This document shows, piece after piece, positions 35,177 to 46,280 of a stretch of 64,000 bases of DNA (within the stretch, counting starts at the first letter, position 1; each line of letters opens with the position of its first letter). This DNA comes from Balanoglossus misakiensis (lineage: Eukaryota; Animalia; Hemichordata), in assembly GCA_040954595.2 (NCBI GenBank), contig CM082597.2, positions 4,157,144 through 4,221,143 of the forward strand. Reading direction: 5' to 3'. The position numbers were made by a program, and so were the translations under genes. A model generated the notes under the pieces. It had not been told where the DNA came from, ran no database searches, and saw only the letters and a list, made by a program, of their open reading frames with translations.

Positions 35177-37572
35177 TCGTGGAGTCCTGCCATTTTTTTG
35201 TCGAAAAAACTGCCGATTTTTTTCTTCCTTCCTGTGGTCCAGTGCCAAAATACTGATTCTATGTAAATATGAAACGAAAAAAAACAAACGTTTTTAAATC
35301 TGTCAATTTTATCAGCAGAAATTATTTTATGATTCAAATGCTTTTCATGCTACATTGTATTTGTGATACCCATCTTTTCATAGCATTATTTTCGAACAGA
35401 CAATTCCTTTTTTAAAACAATCTTTTTGGAATTTTTACTTTTCGTCAACCCCATCCAGATGTTATGCTTTTTGCTATGCAAATGATATGTAGTCCTCTTG
35501 TCTGCAAAGCATGATGGGAGGACAAGCTTTGTCAGTGTCCCCAAAAAACGTTTCTGGAAGAAACCATTTCTCTATAGGGGTGAGGTGGGCCTAGATGTGG
35601 CTACCTGCTCCATTAAAATAGCTCATCTTCCCCCTACATTGAAATATGGTAATCTTGCAGTCGTTTCATCCTTTTTTTTAAATATTGAAAGATCTACCAA
35701 AAAGCAGGGTGTTAAAAACGCATCGTGGTTTCTACTTACAAAGAGACCGGTTTTGAACAAAAATACACGTACTTGATAATCGAACATTTGAACTTGTAAA
35801 GTTCAGTGCATTTAGCGTCATGTGTATATATATATCTCCCATTGTTTGTAACCCAATAGCAATAATGAATCCTGTATCAATGGCTTAATTTTAAACACCA
35901 AAGCAGCTATGAATCAACCCCAAATCGTCTGAAATTATTTCTTAATCAAAGCGAGGCCATTGGGGAAAATTGACCAATCACGTCAAGGGGATTTCTCAAT
36001 TAGCCTCACTTTGAGATCAAATTCAAGATGGCTGTGTGAGGGCGCTAGACTTATGAAACAAGTGTATGATTTGTCTAGAAGGCCTCTGCATTTGTTATAA
36101 ACACCTTGAAAAATAACACGGGCTGTCAGCTTGATCCTGATATTAAAAAGTTGTTGATATGTCAGACGTTCTTTTGCATAGTGTAAGACAATCGAACCTG
36201 TCCTGTTAGTCCGGGATAGTAGCTTTGCAGGTTGCCATCGTTACCATGACAGCACTTGTGGTAGCCATGGAAACATACGTACAGGGTCACACTGAAAAAT
36301 TCTGAGGCTTTTAAAAAAAATACAAATGTGGAAAAAAAAACTTGTAAATATTTGTGTGTATGTTATTTCTTCTGTAATAGATTTTAGATAATTTGTTTTA
36401 TAGAAATTCATGGACAATTTTAGAAATTGACTGTAATTTGAAAGGACAAAATCACACAAGTGAAGATGTAAACATTTGGAATTTTGATGCAGAGTTTGTA
36501 TATTGTGATCTACTTATCTAATGTATGGTTAGAACAAACGCGGCAAAGTACATAATTTGCATATTGAAATGCAAAATTTGCATATTAAAGTGGTAAATTT
36601 GCATATAGTGCATAATTTCCATATTATAGCCACATTTGCCTTTTAGTGCAGAATTTGCATATCAGAGGGAAAATTTTGCATATTATAGCTTCTGCTGTCT
36701 CTAAGTTACTACATCCTCCAGGTCACTCTCTGCACTTCCTATTTCTACTGAGTGTTACTGTTACATCTGTTATCAGACTCCTCATCCAATCAGAGACATT
36801 AAACCAGGAGATTGTAAATTTGATTGACAGCGCATCAGCTCTGGGATTTTTTACCATACTCTTTGCCAAACAAGTGAAGTTATGTTCAGTCGGGTATTAT
36901 TCACACAATTTCTTCCACTGTCATTGGTTGAAGTAGTTCTACACTCTGGTTCTGTAATGCTTTGCTCTCACAGTATAGTGTCTGGTCCACATTCCAGCGT
37001 TTGGGCGTTTATTTTAACAGGTCAATAATTTATTGTAACTGACTTCTCAGCAATTGTGTGTGTGCAGCTCAGCATGGTAAATCCAGTTGTCTTATTTTGG
37101 TGTTGTTAATTATTTGTTATTGAGAAAAAAAATACCTTTACCTCAGATTTTCAAAAAATGTTTCTCAGCAAGGAGTCTGTGAAATAGGAAAAACTTCCAA
37201 CAGAACTTTCAATTTTGCTGATGTCCTGAGGGAGAGATGTTTTATTACCTAGAGTACATTCTTTTACTTTTCTGCCTTGGCAGCTATGGGATATAAATTG
37301 TATTTTAAATCATTTCTTATTTATCCAGCCGAACGTTTTGCTTTTCTGCAAATTACCGTTGTCCTTAACCATTATTTGCACTTTTTAACAAATGCAGAAT
37401 CACAGAATTCTAGATTTCCTTGACATATTGATTTATGCGCATCAGTAATGAGCAGTTGTCTCCAATTGGCTGATTGCCCATCCAGTTTATGAGTCTGACC
37501 AATCACTTCACTGAGTGTATCAAGCTTGCTATTGTTATGCAAATTCAAAGGGGCTTGTTAGACAGGACTTTT

Positions 37573-37662
37573 TAACCCTTTCACACTCATATTCCCTATG
37601 GTTCCACCCATGTCACTGAAAAACAAATGGGTCGTTCCACAATGATGTGTTGTGAGGGTTAA
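37573..37662. mobile_element. Diverged piggyBac-type MITE (family 1-like)
   Basis: ttaaccctttcaca ... tgtgagggttaa. Confidence 0.55.
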
Positions 37663-39028
37663 AACTGTAGCTTATGTGTATCTAACACAACATCAAGTAT
37701 GTATTTTTCAAAAAAAATTCTAAGTTTTTTTCTAGTACAATGCACCCAAGGTGACTGCAGCAAAATGCACTAAAAGTTTAGCATAGAAACAGAGATCATA
37801 GATTTTTATAAGAAATATAAAAACAAATATCTTCCTAGTATATTGATTATACAGCAATAAAAGAAGATATTCCCTGCAAAGATACTGTGTCTATAGTTCT
37901 CAATTCCACTTTCTGTCACTTCTGCAGAAAATGGCCACTATTATCTGTGTGTGAACTCTCATCAATGTGTGTACATGTACATGTATGTCAATGTACTGTG
38001 TCCTAGAAAAATATTTACATGTAAAATATACTCTAGAATTGCATATTCCTGCGTTAAAAAACGTACGAATATCAAATTTCATAAAGCATCAGTTACGTGT
38101 ATATATCATCTTTTAGTGCAAAGGTAATGCAAAAAGTATTTAATACAACTGATTTTTCACAAACTTCGAAGTTGTCCACATGTCTGGTTGCAACGAAAGA
38201 TCTTTCAGTTTTGACGACAGAGGGCGCATATTGTCAACAACATTAAAGTTTCTCGCGAAGTTGATCTCTTCCGCGACGCTATTAAACCTGCCCTGGGTTG
38301 CAGTTGTGTCTCCAACAGCTTTTATTCCGACTCTCTAAGATAGTTATAAATCGGAACCAGTCACAAGATGAGTCAATCTTGCAAGGATCGGCTTAAAAGG
38401 CAGCGTGTCCCGGCCCGGAGAGGGACGCGTGTACGCGTACGCGTGTGTGTCCGGGTTCACAGCGCGCACGCGGAACTTGCCTAAAAAGTTTGTCAGTACA
38501 TCCGTCTGAAATACCGGATCTAACTTTTTGGTTCTGTGAATTACTTGTTCACCAGTGCATTCCGTGTTCCGTCTTCAGGTAAATTCATACCCCCAAATTC
38601 TGCTTGTATTTAAGCTTTTACCGTGGGCCTAGTTGATTTCAGAGTCTCAGAGCGCGTCGATACACGCACGCTGAAGTTTCCCAAAGAGTTCAGTGCAGTG
38701 TTTACGTCTGTGAAGTGACCGTGAGAGTTGATAAGAACCTCGGAAGTCCTGAGATATATGCCCGTCATCTGCACGTTTACTTATTTACACTAGTTTAAGG
38801 TTATGCAACCACAGTTTGCAACGACTGAGAAGAAGACGGAGTAAAACTAAGACAAGCGTACAACCGGCGCACAGAGCTGATCGCGTCGCAAAGATCTGAC
38901 ATTGACAAGGTACCCGGCCAACACTGACAGCAGACCAGACCAACGACTTCTGCAGACTGCCAAGCCCCCACAACTCTTGTAAGTCTATTTGAAAATACCA
39001 CCGGCTCCATCCTTGACGCATTTACACG

Positions 39029-42000
39029 ATGGTCATCATCGACACAGCAGAACATATGCGCGGAAGCACTGGGATACATCTGTTCCATTTCCCCCAATCG
39101 AACTGCTCGCAAAAGGTGAGTGACCCTAACATGATTCAACAGGTATCTGTCCATTTTTCTTTTAAAATCTACAGTACAAAGTACATTTGTACTTCAATCC
39201 ACAGACGAAGGTAATCCATTTTAAAGTAAAGTGTTTCTCAGTTCAATTGGTACTCAAACATTTATTCTCCAAAATTTTCCCCTATGTTATTTCCTTGTGT
39301 ATATAATATGGCTAGTTACCATGGCTACAAGAAAGGTTTCACGAGGAAAGCTGAGATCTTGGAAGTAAAACATGCCAATTAAACTTTCCTGAGAAAATGT
39401 TTCATAACTTCCAGAGAATGCTGCTCCTAAAATAAACCCACATCTTGAAACTGATATCTTTGAATGACCTTCCATTTGCTGTAAGGGGAGAACCATTTGA
39501 TTTCTGGGGGGGGGGGGGGGGGTGGAGGATGTCACAATTGTTTTCAACCACTGTTACAGCACATTTTTTATTCGATTACCAGTTCACTTTTTCTTGTGAC
39601 ATTTTTTTTCTAGGCACCATCTGCCAAAAATTTTCTCTCCCCCAAAATCCTCTATCCACTCCCCAGAAATCAAATGGTTCTTCCCTAATTCAGGCTGCAA
39701 TCAGGAAGCAGCCTTCATGGCTGACATGGAAGGCCATCAAAGGCCAGATTGTCAGATTTGAGATTTCATTCACGTTTAAAAAAGAGCATTGAAGAACGAA
39801 TAACACACCCTGATTTTTTTAGATTAGCCAATCACATCAGGCCAATCACTGGCACCATGCATGCACTATAGCGCCCTCTGGAGGTATTTCAGAGCAGTTT
39901 GAAGAGACCATGAAAAGGCATAAAATAAATATTACACAATCTGATGACTTACATCACAGTTTTCACTGTTTTGCATTAATTTGCAGTCAGAACATTTCAA
40001 TGATGTGACATAAGATAATGAATACATGTACATGTATGTTGTGATGTTTTAATGTAAACAATACATGCTACTGTTTAAAAAACATTTTATTGTCATTTTA
40101 TCACAAGGTACGTATCTATCTGGAAGAGAAAGGCCTACCTTGGATCAGTCATCAAGTTGATTTGAAAAATGGCGAAAATCGGGAAGAAGATTATCTGAAA
40201 ATTAATCCCAGGGGACTAGTACCGGTCTTGATCCATGATGGAGTTACCGTCGTCGAGTCGAATGATATCCTGGTGTACCTGGAAGAGAAGTTCCCGGAAC
40301 CTCGTCTTCTGCCGAGCACTGAGTGAGTCAATCTTGGATTCCCCCCATTCTGTTTAAAGGGACAAAGTCTCTCTCTCGCTGCCCCTTTTCCATTAATTAT
40401 GTTTGATACAAGACACCGTTTATGTTAATGTACATGTGTATATGTAGTGAATCAACGTTCGACCTCACACAACTTCCATCCCACTTGTAGACATGAGAGT
40501 GAAAAACTCGCCAAAATGAATAATCGATGTTTACCATTTATTCATTTTAGCGAGATTTTTACTATGATATCTTACAAATAGGATGGAAGTTGTGTGTGGT
40601 TGAACGTTGATTCACTATATATCCACATGTAGAAAATATAAATAGTGTCTTATATCAAACATAATTAATGGAAAAAGGGCAGCGAGAGAGAGACTTTGTC
40701 CCTTTAAGAGACAGGTAGTTGTAAAAGAAAGTGTTGTACTGTAGTAAAAAGCTATTTATTTGACTTGATAAAGTTAAATACACATGCATTCTTGTGATTT
40801 TTTTCTCAGAACTGGTCAAGAATCAACACAGAGGTGGCTGAAATTATCCGATGACTTGCAGAGACCACTCAAATATTTGACTTATCATTTTCTCTTGTCA
40901 AAATTTGGCAAAGAAACTGAAGAAAGTGTCCGTAAATTGTCTCAGAACTTGGCTGATAGAGATCTGTATGAATTCCACAAGTCTGCTCAAGAAGGCTTTC
41001 CTGTTGAGATTATTCAGGAAAACATTGAAAAAACTCACTGGTGAGTACATTAGCAAAGGCTCCCTCAGTTTTTTAAAGCTTACCAACCCCTATATATCTG
41101 CGAATGGGATGACCCATGCCATTGATAACAGTGGGGTTGGACCATTGTATAGTGGAGAAAGGGGGAAAAATCTTGGTTTGGTTCTGACCAGGACATGATC
41201 AAGTGTTGGGTTTTTGTATAAACTCACAAAACCCACTAAAGCTGATATTTTCAACTGAAATGTCCTCTTAAAATGCAGAAAAATGACTTTACATTAATTT
41301 CAAATTTAATTGTTGTTCATGACAGTGGACTGGAATCAATGGAAAAGAACCTAAGCAAAAACCAATGGCTGGCCGGTGATAGTTTCAGCATCGCGGACAT
41401 TGCTCTTGTTGTCAATGTCCAGCAATATCAGAAGCTGAGATTTCCCCTGGAAAAGTATCCCAATGTCCGGGATTGGTGCAACCGAGTCCGTGCCAAGAGA
41501 TGCTTCCAGTGCGGGCTACTGGATTATGTCAGCAAACCGGAGAAAACGGTTCTTCCATTGTTAATGTGTAAGTTTTATTGCAGTTTTTCCTGTTACATTT
41601 ATTACATTTTCCATGGTTTTTGCTCCTGGTACCTGAACAAGAAAACCCACAAATTTAAAAAAGGGAACCAGATGTGTACCAATGCTTATACCTGTATGTC
41701 ATTTTCCCCCCACAGCGATCGATAATTTCCTTGGTTACGGTGTGCAGGCAGTGGAGTGGGGAGTGCGGCCATCTTGGATCAAACCTCTTGTGACAGTCCC
41801 AGTTTTGCTGCTATCGTACTTCTTTCTGCCAAATGGTATCAATGTTGCTGGAATATCAGGTAGTGTATTTGAAAATCTACCAGCTAAATTTTGTAAGAAC
41901 TGGCAGTTTTATTCCATGATCTTCTGTGTGTGTGTGTGAGAGAGAGAGTGTGTGTGAGTCTGTTTGTCTAGATCAGAATCATATATCTTTCAACAAAACA

Positions 42001-45000
42001 TTGCACAGAAATAAAAATTTACTAGAAAAATGTATATGCGTCTGTTGACTGAAAGGATCTGATAACTTTCATTTTGATCCAAAACAGAGGATTTACTGTC
42101 TTCAATCTGCCTCAATGTGCTAAACAGTGTTTAATTATTTTTTTATTTTACAGTCAGTCAACAAGTGGTTCTAGGATTACTAAGTATATTTCTATACGTG
42201 ACCACGAAGTCGTCCTATCGTCTTGCCCACACCCCTGCACAACACAGCTACCAGTCAGCCATCAAATCAATGAAAGCAGTGATTACTACAGACTATGGTG
42301 GCAAAGAAGTCATGAAAGTCAATTTGCAGCATCCTCAGCCAATCGCGGTGTGTCCTGATGATGTCATCATCCAAGTGAAAGCTGCGTCGGTGAATCCTAT
42401 TGATGTGAGAATGAGAGGTGGATATGGCCGTGTGTTGCTTGGAAAAATTCGCAGCAAGTCAAAAGTAAGATCTCAGAAATCTTCACACTCAACTTTTAAA
42501 AATATTGCTTTAAAGGCACAGTAGTGTAACTTTTGATATTTTCAGTATTTTTTGTTCTGTGTGTCACATGCATTTTCTTGTTCTACTCCCTACATCATGT
42601 TGATATGCCAAGTATTCAGCTTGCCACCACAATCAATATATATAAGAAAAATAAACATATACTAATAAAATTTCATGTTCTGTGCCTTTCACAGATTCCA
42701 TCAGGAGACGGCAAAGAATTTCCAATGATTCTTGGCAGAGACTGTTCAGGAGTGGTGGCTGCAGTGGGGTCAGGGGTCACAAAGTTTAAAGCTGGTGATG
42801 AGGTAAGACTGTGTTTTGATAATGAGAATGCACTTAGGGGGGTCTCAGTAGATGCCACTTTTAAATGTATATGTACAGCCACAATCAGCTGCAGGTTGAT
42901 ATCATGTTAGAGTATACCCATCAGTAAGCCCATTCAAAGGAACTATTTTAAGTTTAAAAGTAAACTCGTGAAAATAATGAAAAATTGGCAGCTATTGGGG
43001 CTTTAATATAACAGATCACACAACAAAAAGCCATTTTATTGTAATTACATCATCGTCTTCACCCCAGGTCTGGGCAGCAGTTCATTTCAAGCAAACTAAG
43101 GGAACCATGGCCGAGTATGTCGTTGCCAAGGAGAGCGAGGTTGCTAGGAAACCACAGAACATCAGTCATGTGGAAGCTGCATCGTTACCGTATGTTGCCT
43201 TGACAACCTGGAGTGCACTGGTCAGCGTGGGTAAATTGGGACCAGAAAGCGGTCAGGGAAAGAGGTTGGTATCCAGAACATTATATCTGTTTCACCTTGT
43301 GCACTAAATGCTTTGTATCGTCAAGGGTCAAAGTTGCTATATACTGTTGCTCTCAGACATTTTGTTTGTTTCTTATTAAAAATCCATGTTCACTGTATGG
43401 AACTGGGCTCCAACCCACAGTACACTTCTGATAATAGTATGTTTAGTCTTGTGATTTCTCTGTGGAAAATCCTGTATACATGTACATAATACCTTGATCA
43501 TATATCTGCAACCAAAGCATAAATTTTGGGCTGGAAAATATGTCCACAAGGTTTTAGTGGTGACATCTCTCATTGTTTAGCACTGAACATTTCCCACATA
43601 TACACTTGCATGATGATTTGCCTACAGTATCTCAATGGATGAACAATCATATTTACTAATACATGATGATATTTTTATACAGAGTCCTTGTCCACGCTGG
43701 TACTGGCGGCGTTGGAACATTCGCCATCCAATTAGTGAAGGCCTGGGGAGGTCATGTGACAACTACATGTGGAACGGATGGTGTTGCTATGGTAAAGGAG
43801 TTGGGAGCTGATGAAGTTGTCGACTACAAGATTGAGAATTATGAAACGAAATTAGCTGACCACCCAAAGTATGTTGGTTTGAATTATCACACCCATATAG
43901 ATTGTAGATATAGGTTTATGTGTGTATAGAGTTGTCAGACAGTGATGGAGTGAGTGTGTGAGTGATTGAGTATGCGAGCGAGACATCAAGTGAGTGAAGG
44001 AGGGGGATATAGTTACGCTACAAATTTATTCACAATACATATCATTTTGACAGGTTTGATGTTGTCTACGACACACTCGGTCCTAAATTCCAACCGGGAA
44101 GTCTGAATCTTCTGAAGAAAGGAGGAGTGATGGCGTCTATCATGGCAACCATCATGCTGCACACAGATGAGTCGGGTCTCTTGATTGGTGCTCTCAAAGC
44201 ACTTGGTGGATTGGTCAGACTTGCTGTGCCACAGGTTGGTACGAGTTTCCAAATCCTATCATTCTGTTTCTGAAAAGTGGATTGGAAACAATTTACTATA
44301 TGCATATTAGATTTATTTGACTCTAGAGAACATTTTCAGGTTTGCTGGCCGTATTTTGATTTCTCTTGTAAGCAAATTGTGTGTTTTCAGCATTGACAAT
44401 CCTTTACAAGTTTGGATGAAACATGAAAATTCTCCCCTGGTATAAAAATTATTCAGTTTTGAGTCATTGTTTTGGGCTGTTTAGTTTCTGTTGAATGGTC
44501 ACTGAAATATGCTCAATCTTTATACGCGAGCTGTCACAATTACTCAACTCGCCCTCTGTATGGCCATTATAAATTGATGTCAAAATAAGTGAAGGACTTT
44601 GCCCATGTGAGCTCTACATTCCACATTTATTCTGATCCGTGACCAACTGTTTCTTCTGCCTCACACAGCGTCTTTTCCACGGCCGGACATTCAAATGGGC
44701 ATTCTTCAATCCCAGCGGCGAGGTCTTGGAAACAATCGCAGAGCTCGTCGAACAGGGAAAGGTGAGTCATACAAAATGGTTCTGAAACCTGTAGACCCTT
44801 TTATCCACTGCTAAGGACATGAAAATTGTAAATCCTTGTACAGTGTGACACATATTCCCTTTCATGGGAAAGAGTCCAAGAAGTTTTCATTATCGTGTCC
44901 AGAAGGTCATTAACCTGATATTGGCTCTGCAACAGTTCATGGTTGCATGGTTGCTAACGAGTATAAATATTTATGTCAGATTTATGTCAGAAGTTCAGCA

Positions 45001-45196
45001 GAATCAAGCGGTTCTAAACAAATTGTTGATTAAATGCGAAATTAATATGTTCTGTATATGTGCCGGCGTTTTATTTTATATACAGATAAAACCAGTTGTT
45101 GAGAAGACGTACCCCATGGCAGATGCAGATTTGGCGTTCGGCCATGTTGAAGAGGGCCACGCGCGGGGCAAAACTGTGGTTGTCATGGACAACTGA
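39029..45196 (+). CDS. Fusion protein: GST (GDAP1/TCHQD-like) + two hydrophobic segments + RTN4IP1-like NADPH:quinone oxidoreductase (MDR family), ~701 aa
   Basis: Exons 39029-39115, 40108-40322, 40810-41040, 41326-41567, 41716-41859, 42154-42464, 42695-42802, 43068-43264, 43683-43868, 44054-44234, 44669-44761, 45086-45196 (2106 nt, no internal stop). GST: SNCSQKVR, INPRGLVPVL, ESNDI, WLAGDSFSIADI. MDR: AASVNPIDVRMRGGYG, FPMILGRDCSG, EAASLPYVALT, GTGGVGTFAIQL, GHARGKTVV. Confidence 0.85.
39482..39688. mobile_element. Tourist/Harbinger-type MITE
   Basis: taa-GGGGAGAACCATTTGATTTCTGGGG ... CCCCAGAAATCAAATGGTTCTTCCC-taa (TAA duplication). Confidence 0.75.
40354..40707. mobile_element. ~350-bp fold-back MITE with TTAA flanks (Kolobok-like)
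   Basis: ttaa-agggacaaagtctctctctcgctgccc ... gggcagcgagagagagactttgtccct-ttaa; the arms pair almost to the centre. Confidence 0.85.
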
Positions 45197-45844
45197 ACGC
45201 TGGCAAGCAACTGTGCATGTATTTGGGTTGAGACCCACGCCACACAGCATGGTAGAACATTGATCTTCTGAAATTTGATGCATGAATGACAAAAACCCGG
45301 AATTGGATTAGTCAGTTATAGTTTTGTGAAATAGATTAGCTTTACTTTAGAAATGATATTAACCTGGTCTCCAGTTGATACTATTAAAATCTGAAAGATC
45401 AAAACAGAGAATTTTGTGCCATCTGGATACTAATATTGGTGAGTAGAATTTTTTCCCCAGAAATCACAACAGTAGTCAGTTGTCTTCTACTGCACCCCTG
45501 CAAGTGATGTATTTGTAATCATTCCAATTCAGTGTGAGCATTTTGCCTTAAAAAAGGCTTTTTCAGAATTTTGACAGAGGTATTATATAAGTGGCTTTCT
45601 AATATGGTCAGCATCAACCTTCTTAATGTGATTAATTGTACATTAGATTTTTATGCTTAAACAGTCGACTCGAAGTCAAACCACACCTATTATGATTGCA
45701 TTATATACCACATAAGAATGTATATTTTATATAATGTATAACATCTGTTGATCATGTCATGTAAATTCAAGTCATTGTATTTTTAATACCTTGAATGTAA
45801 ACATTAAAGTTGGCAAATAATATTAGCAAACTTCTCATCTTGCC

Positions 45845-45931
<87 letters not shown>

Positions 45932-45932
45932 T
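45845..45932. repeat. (TTTA)n microsatellite
   Basis: Directly visible. Confidence 0.97.
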
Positions 45933-46280
45933 TTGAATCAGGCTCCAGGCACATAAAAAATATACATATATAAATGCATGACACAGATAAACACAAAGCC
46001 TACACATACAATAATTATTATAAAATGAATCTATATATGTACATGCATAAATATTCTTAATATAGAGATTCTTAGATCTCTTAATTCTGTTCATAGAATT
46101 AAAAATACTTTTATCCAATAACCCTGTGAATGACAAACATGGAACTTGCCAGTCTGTCTTTCTGTTTCCGAACGCGAAACAAAGTATTTAATTGATATGG
46201 CCGCGTTCGCGAATGCTGAAATGTACTAACTTAGGGGGTCTAGAGAAACCGGAAGAGGAAGCGATACGTAGACTGGCATC

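Noticed and set aside
42272-45196. Stand-alone RTN4IP1 starting at MKAVITT
   Set aside because: The frame is open upstream to a phase-matched acceptor at 42154, with no promoter-like region or targeting peptide. A short isoform cannot be excluded.
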